DNA of 64,000 nucleotides from a virus: IMG/VR virus record IMGVR_UViG_3300017917_004176, positions 28,172 to 92,171 of that record, one strand, 5' to 3'. The notes below the pieces were generated by a model. The model did not search any database. It saw only the letters and a list, made by a program, of their open reading frames with translations, and was not told where the DNA came from. Positions 39,464 to 49,889 of this stretch are shown here, piece by piece (position 1 is the stretch's first letter; the number at the start of each line of letters is the position of its first letter). Made by a program: the position numbers and the translations under genes.

Positions 39464-42400
39464 CTAATATGATTTTCTTGAGCGACTATATTGTATAGCT
39501 CTATTAGATAATCCAATTACTGCCCTCTGTATTTCTTCTGCTGATGTTACTGATGGAAAGTTATTATTGTGGACTATAGTGATAGGTTCTCCCATTCCAA
39601 ATCCACCCATGCGTTCTTTTAATAAATCTATCCATCCTGTATTTCTATCAAGAGGAAGAACAAGTTCACGCCCAGCTTCTCCAATATTGGCAAAAACAGA
39701 ATCTTGAATAAATCCTCCTTGAGCTAGTGCTGGAGCTTCTTTAGTTAATTTTAATTTTGTATATTGATTTAATCTATAATTTGGATCTGGTGAAACTCTT
39801 GAAGCATTAAGTTGGTCTTGATTTAAAGATACTAATTCATCATAAGTGAGTCCTGCATTTGCTGCGACTCTTTCTAATATTGCTTTTGTGTTTTCAGAAT
39901 TTCCGATAATTGATGTTCCGTCTGAAAATTTTGTTGTTCTTATTAATTCATTATCTTTAGGATTTCCTTGTGTACTAAAAATCTCTTCTAATGTTGGTTC
40001 ATAAAAAGCTTCGTTTTTAATTGTAGGTGCTCCAGCTAAAACATTTGCTGCTGCTTGCAACTCACCTTTTAAAGCAAGACTTGTAGCGTCTTCAATTAGT
40101 TTAGTTAAAGACCCATCCATATTAGCTTCTTTTACCTGGTTCAAAAGATCAATAAATTCTTCCATTTTTACTGTATCTTTTTCGCCTTCTTTTTGTTGAT
40201 ATCTAAAGGCAAATCCACCACTTCGAGTTCGAGTTAGAGCAAGATTTGATTTTTCTTGTTCTCCACGAATTTTTTTAATTAGTTCATATTGCTTTTGATA
40301 AACCTCTAATTGATTTTTCGTTATTTGATTAGATTTAACTCTTGTTTTTAATAACTCATTTTCTTGTTCGCTTAAAACAGATCCATACTCTTCTTCCATA
40401 TCTTTGTAATAAGCATCTTTTTCTAATTGTGTTAAATAGCTTAAATCATAGCCCTCATTAAGAGTTTTAATTACATCTTGTAAATTACCCTGATCGATCT
40501 CACTAATTACAGTTCCACCAGACTCAAAGAGATCAAAAAATTTAAGTTTTTTAGATTCTTCTGCAAGAGTTTCTCTTTCTGTTTCTGTGATTAGACCATC
40601 AGCTGTAATTTCTTGTATTAGACCGCTTACTGACATAAATTCAGTATAAATATCTAATATAAGCTGCATTGCCTTAGATTGATCTTTTACTTGAGCCGAA
40701 ATCGAATCTATAGAATCAGAAAGTGAAATATTTCCTGCAATTTCTGCTCCCTCTTTGAAAGAATCTACCATTTTTTGAAATTCTTCTTTAGGAGCGTCTT
40801 TTATTGCAGAAGATAAAATAGCAAAAGCTTGAGATATATCTATACCACTTTTAGTTGCCCAGGCACTAAGTTTTTCATACATATTTTCGCCTTTAAATGA
40901 TTGAAGGAACTCATATGCAGATTCTTCTAATTTCATTGTATCATTTTTTAATATTTTTTGAGCTTCTATTCTTTGTTCGGTTATATCATTAATTTGATCT
41001 TCATATTTTTCAAAAAAGCCCGCAACAGTTTTATCATCTTTTGAATCTTTTTGTGCATCAATAAGTTCTTGCTGCTGTTCTCTTGTTAATTTAGATAGAA
41101 ATACTTTTACTGACTCTGTATATTGAGCAACTTCTTCTTTTGTGGCTTCTGTATATGCATCATAGGCAAAACCAGCCTGTGTTGCTATTGCATCAATTTC
41201 AGTTTGAGTAAAGGCTAATAATGTATTATCTGTGATTTGAAGAAAAAATTTTCCACCAAATTTAATAGGTATAATAGATCTTTCTTGTCCATATGTTTCT
41301 TCTAGATATTTACTTATTAGCTTTCCAACATCAGCGAGGTCTTCTTTGTTTGGACTATAATGAGTTGCTGCCTTTGGATATTTTTCTATAAATTTTAAAG
41401 CTTCTGAGTTGCCTTCTCCCGGAAAAAGCATTTCAAAAATATCAGTTATTTGTTTTACTGTCGTAAAAGTGTTGTTTTCTCCATACTCTTGAGCTTCTTT
41501 TTTTGTATTTATTCCTCTTAGAGCTAGTATACTACCTTCAAAAGCGACATCTTCAGCTTTTCCATATGTAGCACGTCTTTGATAGGACATTGCTCCACGA
41601 CCAGTATTTCCTACTGCAGCTGCAGTAATTTCTCCCAAATCTTTTACTGTTTTTTCTGCATAAATTTCTTCTTGTAAATCGATTTGCTCTTTTAAGCCTT
41701 CTATAACTTTTTGAACATTAGAAGCACTATCTATTATAACATTATTAAACTCATCATAGCCGGTAATTATACTTGGAAGCAATTGTCCAAGTTCACCAGT
41801 TACTTGTTGGAGTCTTTGAATCTCTGATGGCTGCAAATCTATTTTTGCAGATAATATAAGATATTCTTTTAAAAGCTCTTGTATCTTTGAAGTATTTTTT
41901 TTATAAGATTCTAATGTTTGAGCTTCAACAGTAGCAAGCTTTTCCATCATATCAAGTTCGCCTTGAGAGACAACCCAGTTTTGAGCAGCATAAGTTGTTA
42001 CTGTTTGAATAGCAGTACCCGCAGCACTGGTTCCACCCATAATTGCCATACTAAATTGTGGTGCAAAAGCAGAGGCTACTACACCAGCAACTTGAAGAGC
42101 AATATTAGTTACTGCTCCACCTATTTGCCAAGCAGCGACAGTATTTTTTTCTTCGTCTGATAATAAATTATTTGCCATTGTTCCTTGGACAGCAGAAAAG
42201 GCCATTGTAATTGCAGCTAATGATTGAGTAGCTGCCATACTTCTAGTCAATGCCGCATTGTATCTATCAATTGCTTTTGTACTTTCACTAAAAGAAGCTC
42301 TTACTTTTTTTTGCGCTTCAGCAGTTTTTGCTGCTGCTAAAGCAGCTCTATCATTTGCCCATGTTTGAACTTCATCTTCAGTAAAACCTTGAGCCGTCAT

Positions 42401-43981
42401 TTGAGCTCTAAAGCCAGGGGAAACTACTCCTTGAATCGGAGAACCAGCTCCACCTCCTGCAACACTTGTTTTACTAGGCTGTCCTACTCCTAAAGCTGCA
42501 AAAAGTCCTGCGCTTGCAACACCAATACTTCTGCTTTTTAGCATTAACAATAAAGATCCTATTTGAAGTAAAAGTGAGACCCATTTTCCACTACTATTAC
42601 TTATTCCATTAAATAATGTTAAAACTTTATCTAATGTTTTTACAAAATCTTTTACAACATCACTATTAAAAAATTGTAAAGTGGTTTCTTCCCATTCAGC
42701 TTTTAGTTGCTCAACTCTTCCAGCAACAGAATCTAAATATTTAGCTTGGGCGCGCTCAGCCATTCCAGCAGAGCCTTCAGCTATTCCTAGTAATTCATTA
42801 TATCTTTCTTGGTTTTCAACTAGCGCAATAAAGCGATCTCGTTGCTCTTTACCAGCAACTGCTTCAATCAAAGAATTTCTAACAGCAACACTTCCAGTTT
42901 GCTGATATATCTTCATTATTTCTTTTAATAAAGCTGGTATTTTTTTCATGTCACCAGTAGCTTCATCAAAAAGAGTAAATTCAACATTAAAGCCTTGGAG
43001 AGATTTTTGAATTAAACTTGTTATTTCTCCATATTCTTGACTATCTCTTTTTATTTCAGCTATTCTACCAACAACTGTTTTTAATCCAGTACCAATCATT
43101 TCTGGTGCTTGACGAGTAGTTTCTGAAATAACAGAAATCATAGCAGCAGTCTCTTTCATTGTAAATCCAGCTGCTGCCATTGAGGACGCAGATTTTTTCA
43201 TTGCTGCTGCTATTTCATTTGCAGAAGATCCAGATGCTGCGTCCAAGGAAGCCAATACGTCTACTATTTCTTCTCCAGCAGACATTCCTGTTTTTTTCAA
43301 AAGATCAAAAGAGTTAGCTATAGCAGTGATATATTCTGAAGTTGAGTCGCGATTTTCGCCTGTGATATTTGATAATTTAATTGATGCTTCGGCCAACTCT
43401 GTTGCATAATCTGCGGCCAATCCACCTTGTTGCAAAAAGATAACAGATGCTTCTAAAAATGCCTGACCAGTAACCCCAAGCTGCTTCCCTGCCTGATTTG
43501 CATAAAAAGCAAAATTTCGAATCTCATCAGTATTTTTTTCTGTTACTATTGCTATACGAGTTAAAATTTTATCTATTTCAACAAAGTTTCTAAAACTAGT
43601 TGCTATTCCACTCATTAAAGCAAATGAACTTGCATATAATGGAGCCTCTAGATATGCTTGACCAAGAGCTTTTTTTGTTCTTCCCATTATACTACGATTT
43701 CTTTTTTCTTGTATATCTTCGCCTTTTTGTAAAAGACGATTTTGCAAACTTAGCTCTTGGTTTTCTTTTTTAATTAACATTAAGTATTTTTGTCGAGCAG
43801 CAGTAGCATTTTTAATCTTTCTTTCAAGTTGGTCCATTGTCATACCAACTGGAAGCTCTGCTTTTCCAGAAGCTATATCTCGTCTAAGTTTTTGTAATTT
43901 TTTTAATTGAGATTCTGCTTTTTGAAGACCCGCCTGATTAGATCTATATTCTAATACAACCTGATGTCTTATTTGTGCCAT
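39464..43981 (-). CDS. Tape measure protein (TP901-like)
   Basis: 1505 aa helical, Ala-rich; APEMIGTGLKT, VAGKEQRDRFIAL, TM-like segments. Confidence 0.9.
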   Translation of the reverse strand: MAQIRHQVVLEYRSNQAGLQKAESQLKKLQKLRRDIASGKAELPVGMTMDQLERKIKNATAARQKYLMLIKKENQELSLQNRLLQKGEDIQEKRNRSIMGRTKKALGQAYLEAPLYASSFALMSGIATSFRNFVEIDKILTRIAIVTEKNTDEIRNFAFYANQAGKQLGVTGQAFLEASVIFLQQGGLAADYATELAEASIKLSNITGENRDSTSEYITAIANSFDLLKKTGMSAGEEIVDVLASLDAASGSSANEIAAAMKKSASSMAAAGFTMKETAAMISVISETTRQAPEMIGTGLKTVVGRIAEIKRDSQEYGEITSLIQKSLQGFNVEFTLFDEATGDMKKIPALLKEIMKIYQQTGSVAVRNSLIEAVAGKEQRDRFIALVENQERYNELLGIAEGSAGMAERAQAKYLDSVAGRVEQLKAEWEETTLQFFNSDVVKDFVKTLDKVLTLFNGISNSSGKWVSLLLQIGSLLLMLKSRSIGVASAGLFAALGVGQPSKTSVAGGGAGSPIQGVVSPGFRAQMTAQGFTEDEVQTWANDRAALAAAKTAEAQKKVRASFSESTKAIDRYNAALTRSMAATQSLAAITMAFSAVQGTMANNLLSDEEKNTVAAWQIGGAVTNIALQVAGVVASAFAPQFSMAIMGGTSAAGTAIQTVTTYAAQNWVVSQGELDMMEKLATVEAQTLESYKKNTSKIQELLKEYLILSAKIDLQPSEIQRLQQVTGELGQLLPSIITGYDEFNNVIIDSASNVQKVIEGLKEQIDLQEEIYAEKTVKDLGEITAAAVGNTGRGAMSYQRRATYGKAEDVAFEGSILALRGINTKKEAQEYGENNTFTTVKQITDIFEMLFPGEGNSEALKFIEKYPKAATHYSPNKEDLADVGKLISKYLEETYGQERSIIPIKFGGKFFLQITDNTLLAFTQTEIDAIATQAGFAYDAYTEATKEEVAQYTESVKVFLSKLTREQQQELIDAQKDSKDDKTVAGFFEKYEDQINDITEQRIEAQKILKNDTMKLEESAYEFLQSFKGENMYEKLSAWATKSGIDISQAFAILSSAIKDAPKEEFQKMVDSFKEGAEIAGNISLSDSIDSISAQVKDQSKAMQLILDIYTEFMSVSGLIQEITADGLITETERETLAEESKKLKFFDLFESGGTVISEIDQGNLQDVIKTLNEGYDLSYLTQLEKDAYYKDMEEEYGSVLSEQENELLKTRVKSNQITKNQLEVYQKQYELIKKIRGEQEKSNLALTRTRSGGFAFRYQQKEGEKDTVKMEEFIDLLNQVKEANMDGSLTKLIEDATSLALKGELQAAANVLAGAPTIKNEAFYEPTLEEIFSTQGNPKDNELIRTTKFSDGTSIIGNSENTKAILERVAANAGLTYDELVSLNQDQLNASRVSPDPNYRLNQYTKLKLTKEAPALAQGGFIQDSVFANIGEAGRELVLPLDRNTGWIDLLKERMGGFGMGEPITIVHNNNFPSVTSAEEIQRAVIGLSNRAIQYSRSRKSY

Positions 43982-45231
43982 TATGAAACCACTCCTTGTT
44001 TTCTATCATCTATAAATTTAAAAAACTCTGAATAAACAGTTGCGTCAATCTTTGCTTCGTGTAAAATATTACTATAATTCCCTTCTTTTTTTTGTGTAAA
44101 ATAAATTACTGGTAAAGGCTTATTTCCTTTTTTTGCTGCAAATTCATTCAATAAATCATGTAAAAAATAAAATCTAGCTTTTATTTTTTTTACTCCTGCT
44201 ATTTCATCATATCCAACTTTTATAAAAGAGAGGGGTGGATTTTGATATCCTAAAAAAATTAAATCTGCCAATGTTCTAGTTGCAGCCTGCCTATAATAAA
44301 AACCGACTCCTTCTTTTGCTTCATTGAAAGCCAAAAAGACAATCTTTCTCAAATCTTCTTGATGCTCTTTTTTTCCTCCAAAAAGGCGATTTAATCTAAG
44401 AGAGCCAACTAATGATGTAGTTGATCCTTGTCCAAAATAAGCTTTTATACTTAAACCAAAAGCACTAGTCATATTTGATTTTTTAATTTTTGCATAAAAA
44501 TCGGATTTAGAATCAGATGTTCCAGCTTGAAGAAAAAAATCTTTACCAGAAAGTTGTAAAGATTTTTCTGCAAATGCTCTATCTAAATGAGATATTATTG
44601 CATTTAAAACTATTAATTCAAAAGATGTTCCATAAAATTTATTAAAGGCCCCTTTTAAAGAACCTTGAATTTGACTTTTAGAATATTTTGTGTTTCCATG
44701 GACAGTTTTTTTAAGAAGATCGCTGTTTTTCATAAAATCTGAAAAAAGCTTCATCGATCCCTTGGTAACATTTGCTGCATTTTCAAGCTCACTAATAATT
44801 GTCTGTACCCCTATTGCTAAATCTTTTTTTGATATTTTTATATCATCAGAAAAATTTTCTAAATCCCTTTCTACTATAGATCTAACATTTATAAAATTAT
44901 TTAATGAAATTTGATTATTTGAAAAAAAATCTTCAAGAAGTGAATTCATTTCTAACTGAATTTCTGCTAATCTAAATTCTAATTCTGTATCTGAAAATCC
45001 ATAGACTTCTTTAGTTATTTGTCTATATCTGTAAGCTAGAATTGCATATGGATCTTGACCCTTTGGTGCCGTCTCCATATCAAATTGACCATTTGCAACC
45101 CCATAAACTTCACGACCTGATTTTGTGGTTTCAAAACGATGAAAATCTCTTTTTAAAATAATATATTTAGACTGTAAATCGACTTCGTTCTTTAAGCTAT
45201 CAATATCAACATTATTTTTAAATTTTTTCAT
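43981..45231 (-). CDS. Hypothetical protein, possible PD-(D/E)XK fold
   Basis: GTSFE...KSDF...GLSIKAY; translationally coupled (TAATG) to tape measure. Confidence 0.5.
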   Translation of the reverse strand: MKKFKNNVDIDSLKNEVDLQSKYIILKRDFHRFETTKSGREVYGVANGQFDMETAPKGQDPYAILAYRYRQITKEVYGFSDTELEFRLAEIQLEMNSLLEDFFSNNQISLNNFINVRSIVERDLENFSDDIKISKKDLAIGVQTIISELENAANVTKGSMKLFSDFMKNSDLLKKTVHGNTKYSKSQIQGSLKGAFNKFYGTSFELIVLNAIISHLDRAFAEKSLQLSGKDFFLQAGTSDSKSDFYAKIKKSNMTSAFGLSIKAYFGQGSTTSLVGSLRLNRLFGGKKEHQEDLRKIVFLAFNEAKEGVGFYYRQAATRTLADLIFLGYQNPPLSFIKVGYDEIAGVKKIKARFYFLHDLLNEFAAKKGNKPLPVIYFTQKKEGNYSNILHEAKIDATVYSEFFKFIDDRKQGVVS

Positions 45232-45261
45232 TATCTAACACATCCTTTTTCTCTATAAAAT

Positions 45262-45294
45262 AAAAAAAACCCTCTTGTTTAATAAACAAGAGGG
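45262..45294 (-). terminator. Rho-independent terminator
   Basis: CCCTCTTGTTTA/TAAACAAGAGGG plus U run on minus strand. Confidence 0.8.
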
Positions 45295-45303
45295 GAAGCT
45301 TTT

Positions 45304-45804
45304 TTATTCTTTTTGGCCAAGATCAAGATTCAATGAATCTGGAGTATCTCCAAGTAGATTATCTAAATTTGAATCTCTTAAAAATTCTTGAACCGAATCT
45401 AATGTTTGAAGAGTATATCCAAAAGATCTATAGTATTCATTTAAATTATTAGCATGAATACTTGCTTCATTGAATAAATATTCATATTCTGCTTGGGGCA
45501 TATTTTCAATTACTAAATCAATTAATCCATTTGTTTGTAATAAATCAAATACTCCCAAAATATTTTCTTTTTCATCTTCTGTAAATTCAATATTTGTATA
45601 ATTTTCTACAATTAAAAGATGTAGATATGCATCCATTAACACTCGAGAAATAACATTTTCTACTTGCGCACCAGTTGTTGCCATAATTACAATTGCATGT
45701 TTATCTCGAACTGGTAAGTATTGCTTAACCAAAACTTCCTTATCACCAAATAAAAATTTTACATCCGTTGTTTTTAATTCTAATTTTAAGTCTTTAAATT
45801 CCAT
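45304..45804 (-). CDS. Putative tail assembly chaperone
   Basis: Acidic 166 aa after tail tube; VKQYLP, YTNIEFTE. Confidence 0.5.
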   Translation of the reverse strand: MEFKDLKLELKTTDVKFLFGDKEVLVKQYLPVRDKHAIVIMATTGAQVENVISRVLMDAYLHLLIVENYTNIEFTEDEKENILGVFDLLQTNGLIDLVIENMPQAEYEYLFNEASIHANNLNEYYRSFGYTLQTLDSVQEFLRDSNLDNLLGDTPDSLNLDLGQKE

Positions 45805-45827
45805 TTTTAATTCCTCCTTATATTCTT

Positions 45828-45856
45828 ATTATATCACATTATCTAAAAAAAGTCAA
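45828..45856 (-). promoter_or_regulatory. Sigma-A-type promoter
   Basis: TTGACT-17-TATAAT with TG on minus strand. Confidence 0.75.
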
Positions 45857-45857
45857 C

Positions 45858-45883
45858 AAAAAAAAGGGAGCCCGAAGGCTCCC
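45858..45883 (-). terminator. Terminator after major tail protein
   Basis: GGGAGCC-TTCG-GGCTCCC plus U run on minus strand. Confidence 0.85.
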
Positions 45884-45888
45884 AGTTA

Positions 45889-47016
45889 TTAGATATTTGA
45901 TGTAGAATTTTTATCAAAAATATCTAAAGTAAACAATACTTTTTTCGTTGAGTCAAAACGAGTAGGCGCTGGGAACGCATCTAAAGTAAATGTAAATGTA
46001 GATGGGTCGCCAGTAGGAGCCATTGTAAACGTAAAGTTAGATTGAATTTTTGCTTTAGGAATTGTAAATTGAGCAGGATAATCTTTTCCATCTAAGCCAC
46101 GGAATAGAGTATTTGCTTCAACATAGTAGTAACCAGCAAATTTGCCTGCAGAAATTTCCAATTGTTTTGCTTTTGTTTGAACATAAAAATCAACTAAAAC
46201 ACTATCTCCAGCAACTAATCCAGCAGTAGCAATATCTCCAATTTTTAAAACTCCGCCAGTGTAACTAAATTTAGCATTTGTTAAATCAATTAAAGAATCA
46301 ATATCTCCATCTTCAGTTAATTTCATCAACTTAATATATGTTGAATTTAAATAAGTAGAAGGAATTGTAATAGGAGCTTCTACTGTTGATAATGTAGAAA
46401 TGTTAACTGTAACTTCGAACTCAGCACTAAGCTCAGCAATTTTTGCAGTTGACCATACAGGAGCAGTAGCGCCTGGAGCCAGTACTTTGAAACCGATAGA
46501 TGAAGTTCCAGCTGCTGTTAGTTCAAAAGTACCATTATAAGCAGTATTTCCAGTGACTCCACTAATAATAACAGAATCTCCTATTTTATAAGTTTGTGAT
46601 GGTTGAGCTGCAAAAGTTAAAACAACATTATAGTCTTCTCCATCTGCAGTAACAGCTCCACTTAAAACAGAAACAAGTGCTTCTCCAGCAATATTTGACT
46701 TTTCAGTTAAGTGAAGATTTGCTGTGTCATTTCCAAATAAATCTGCGCCTGAAAGAGCTGCAAAAGTATAAGGAGTCATTAATGCGTCTTCAAATGTAAA
46801 TGTAACTGTTTTGTCTCCGTCCCAAGCTAGTAAACGAGGATTTCCACGTCCACCTTGAGCATAAACTGTAGCAACTGCACCTTCAACTGTCGAAGTTTTT
46901 GCAGAATCAAAGAAAAGAATAGGATCATAAATATCATATGTAGCAGTTCCTAATCTTTGGTTGTCTGCACTAGCTTTAAAAACGATATCTGTAATTTCAC
47001 GAACACCAAACTTCAT
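45889..47016 (-). CDS. Major tail tube protein with internal accessory module
   Basis: MKFGVRE, YAQGGRGNPRLLAWDG, IPKAKIQSNFTFTMAPTGDPSTFTF; followed by strong terminator. Confidence 0.8.
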   Translation of the reverse strand: MKFGVREITDIVFKASADNQRLGTATYDIYDPILFFDSAKTSTVEGAVATVYAQGGRGNPRLLAWDGDKTVTFTFEDALMTPYTFAALSGADLFGNDTANLHLTEKSNIAGEALVSVLSGAVTADGEDYNVVLTFAAQPSQTYKIGDSVIISGVTGNTAYNGTFELTAAGTSSIGFKVLAPGATAPVWSTAKIAELSAEFEVTVNISTLSTVEAPITIPSTYLNSTYIKLMKLTEDGDIDSLIDLTNAKFSYTGGVLKIGDIATAGLVAGDSVLVDFYVQTKAKQLEISAGKFAGYYYVEANTLFRGLDGKDYPAQFTIPKAKIQSNFTFTMAPTGDPSTFTFTLDAFPAPTRFDSTKKVLFTLDIFDKNSTSNI

Positions 47017-47036
47017 TATTTTTCCTCCATGTCATT

Positions 47037-47759
47037 TTATATTTTTTTATACCAATCTACTAACTCTATATCTTCAGCTCCTTGCATCATAGCACTGATT
47101 TGGTTATTATAAGACTCATACATTCCAAATCTTTGTATTTGAACAAGAAATTGATAAAGAGTAAAATTTTCCAAGTCTTTTAAAGAATTGGAGTTGGAAC
47201 CAATTGCAAGAACACTAATTAAATTAGAAATTTTTGAATCTTCATTTTCTTTATCAGATTTAAGCTTAGAGATTTTCTCCTGTCTTTTTTTAAGTTTTTC
47301 TGCTATTTTTTCCGCTGCAGAATTTGCAGGATTATATTTATCTAAGTCTGCACCCAATTTAAAAATTTGCTTAAAGATTTCTTTTAATAAAGAAAAACCT
47401 TCTTGATTAATTATACATTCTTGTCCTGAGCTCAGAGTTATTTTTATTTCATCTTGAAAAAATAAAATTGAGTCCAAGTCATCTATGCATAATTGAAAAA
47501 GCGCAACAACATCCAATCTCATTGATTCAGCAACCGAAAGAAAAAATAAAAAAACTTCTAGGTCACTTATTTCTGATTCATGAAATTCTTCTGGCAAAGC
47601 TTTTTTTGTAATTAAAAAATAAGCCAAAGAGGTATAAAATCTATCTTCTCCAATTGCGGCTATATCTTTTAATGTGGGTTGGTTTATAGTAAGCCCTAAT
47701 GAAGGAATTGATATTGGAACTCCCATTATTAAAGTTAGTTTATCTATAATCATAAACAT
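47037..47759 (-). CDS. Head-tail/tail assembly region hypothetical protein
   Basis: QPTLKDIAAIGE, NPANSAAEKIA, TLYQF; position. Confidence 0.55.
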   Translation of the reverse strand: MFMIIDKLTLIMGVPISIPSLGLTINQPTLKDIAAIGEDRFYTSLAYFLITKKALPEEFHESEISDLEVFLFFLSVAESMRLDVVALFQLCIDDLDSILFFQDEIKITLSSGQECIINQEGFSLLKEIFKQIFKLGADLDKYNPANSAAEKIAEKLKKRQEKISKLKSDKENEDSKISNLISVLAIGSNSNSLKDLENFTLYQFLVQIQRFGMYESYNNQISAMMQGAEDIELVDWYKKI

Positions 47760-48270
47760 TATACATCATAGTATATCCAACTAAATTTTCATTAATCAAA
47801 AGAGAAGTTGAACCGGCAAAATTAATAGGTCCCGAACTTCTTAATTTTGACATGTTGAAAATACTATTTAGCTCACTCATAATTTTATATGGTCTTAACA
47901 TATAATCGTCCATAACCCAAGTTTTTGAGTAGCACAGCACATCAAAAGATATTGTGAATTGAATATAAACATTATCATCTTGATTATTTGGAAAAAATCT
48001 ATCAAATTGAATTATAATCATATTTGTAGTATCCTGATCTTTTTCTATTGTTGGAACAACTTTAATATTTTTTCCGATTAATGCAGACTTTTGTTCTGGT
48101 GTTAAATTTGGTCTTGATAGTGCATCTGGACCATCATAATATAAAAGCTTACAAATATTATCATTTTTAATAATTTTATTCATTATTATTTGTAAATCCA
48201 CAGCCAAGCTTGTGAAATTACCAAATGGAGTTAAATTATTTCTTAAACCATCATTTGTATATATAGACAT
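47740..48270 (-). CDS. Putative tail completion/terminator protein
   Basis: KLLYYD, FDVLC, RPYKIM; position. Confidence 0.5.
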   Translation of the reverse strand: MSIYTNDGLRNNLTPFGNFTSLAVDLQIIMNKIIKNDNICKLLYYDGPDALSRPNLTPEQKSALIGKNIKVVPTIEKDQDTTNMIIIQFDRFFPNNQDDNVYIQFTISFDVLCYSKTWVMDDYMLRPYKIMSELNSIFNMSKLRSSGPINFAGSTSLLINENLVGYTMMYNVYDYR

Positions 48271-48288
48271 ATAAAACCTCCTTTTTCT

Positions 48289-49587
48289 CTATCCTATTAA
48301 AGTAGTAACTTTAATAGTTTTTGTTGCTTCTGTGGCTGTCATAGAATCAATAAATTTAAGTTGAATCTCTCCTAATTTTTTAGGCTTTAAAATAATTGAG
48401 TTAGATGTAAATGAAACTGTATCTGCATATCCAACTGGAGATATAGTCCAAATTCCATCTGGTGCAGGCTGAGCTATTCCATTTATAAATTTTTCTATAA
48501 TATAAGTTTGCTGCAAACCTTCTCTTATTTTTTCTGATCCTTCAATTTGGTAAACTATTGTGTCTTCTATGCCAGCTTCAATAGAGATAGTATATGTAAA
48601 TTCTGGTGGGTAGCCCACCACAGAAATTTTAACTTCATATTCTCCTTCTTCATTAAAAATATGAGGAAGCTCAATTTGAAGCTCATCATTTACATAGACT
48701 CTGTAGTTTGCAGAATTAACAGTTTCTAATTTGCCATCTTTATAAAAAATAAATTCAGATGGATTGATTTGATATCCAATATCTGCTATTTCTGGAATTC
48801 CAGAATTCAGTGTGTACTTACTTCTTATTAAAACATCGGCTATAGCTTCTGCTTCATTATCTGTATAATTATCAAGCATTGTCTCAGTCAATGAAATTCT
48901 AATTAAATCTGGATTACTCATATCATCTTGCGTACTTATGTACCAAGGAAGTCCAGCTAAAATTAATCGCTTATATCTTTTTAAAAACTGAGATCCAGCA
49001 GTTTTTCCAACAAATAACTCTGCTTTTTGCTCGCCTTCGTCAACAACAAGATTATTTTCTTCACCAAAGCCACGCATTTTTTCATCAGGACCTTTTACAA
49101 CAACCCATTGCTGATAAATGTTTCCATTATCATCTGTCCATTTTAAAATATAATTTGCGCGCTCCATAATCCCAGAAAAATAAGCTTTTTGTGAATAGTC
49201 TTGGCTCATAACTAAATATTTATAATCAGTTCTAAACCAATCTATTGTATTTCCTACGTGAACATTAGACTGAAAGGGCATGGAAAGTTTTCGTTTATCA
49301 GAATCAAATTTACTGTCCATTTCAAATACTAACGCCAACCATTCTATTCCATCATTTGCTTCGACTATTCCAACTTTTTCTGAGCTGTAACTATTATTGA
49401 GCGCATCAAGAAAAGATTGCTCCATATCTTGAATGGCATTTTGAGTGGAGTCTCCAGTAAAACCTTCTTTAATTAAACGTCTTTTATAAAGATCCACGCA
49501 TTCAACCGCGCTATCAGTAAATATATTAGGATCTGTGCCAGTAGTTTTTTGCGCACCTTTTGTATAAGGCAAACAATTGTCTTGCAT
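48289..49587 (-). CDS. Putative head closure/neck protein with C-terminal Ig-like region
   Basis: Position after adaptor; beta-rich C-terminus. Confidence 0.5.
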   Translation of the reverse strand: MQDNCLPYTKGAQKTTGTDPNIFTDSAVECVDLYKRRLIKEGFTGDSTQNAIQDMEQSFLDALNNSYSSEKVGIVEANDGIEWLALVFEMDSKFDSDKRKLSMPFQSNVHVGNTIDWFRTDYKYLVMSQDYSQKAYFSGIMERANYILKWTDDNGNIYQQWVVVKGPDEKMRGFGEENNLVVDEGEQKAELFVGKTAGSQFLKRYKRLILAGLPWYISTQDDMSNPDLIRISLTETMLDNYTDNEAEAIADVLIRSKYTLNSGIPEIADIGYQINPSEFIFYKDGKLETVNSANYRVYVNDELQIELPHIFNEEGEYEVKISVVGYPPEFTYTISIEAGIEDTIVYQIEGSEKIREGLQQTYIIEKFINGIAQPAPDGIWTISPVGYADTVSFTSNSIILKPKKLGEIQLKFIDSMTATEATKTIKVTTLIG

Positions 49588-49889
49588 TAGCGCTCCTCCA
49601 TTCCATCAAGAATAGAAAGAACTTCAAAAATAGTTTTTCGATAAACCAAAAAATCTAATTCTGTTTTTATTGCTTCTAATTTAGAAATAATAGAAATGAG
49701 GGCTACCATATTAGTTAACTTTTTTAGACCAGATAGTTCTAAAACTATTGTATCTAAATGTTTTTTCCAATCAGCGCCCTCTTCTCTTAAAGGCAATAAT
49801 TTAAAAATATCATTTTTTGTTTTTCTTAAATATTGATTCCAATCTTTATGCTCAATTTCTAATCCATATTTTGCCTTAATCAACTGCAT
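49587..49889 (-). CDS. Hypothetical protein
   Basis: IFKLLPLREE...RKTIFE motif; coupled to neighbours. Confidence 0.65.
   Translation of the reverse strand: MQLIKAKYGLEIEHKDWNQYLRKTKNDIFKLLPLREEGADWKKHLDTIVLELSGLKKLTNMVALISIISKLEAIKTELDFLVYRKTIFEVLSILDGMEER

Noticed and set aside
45231-45330. Tail chaperone programmed -1 frameshift
   Set aside because: A strong terminator follows the stop and the next ORF has its own RBS.
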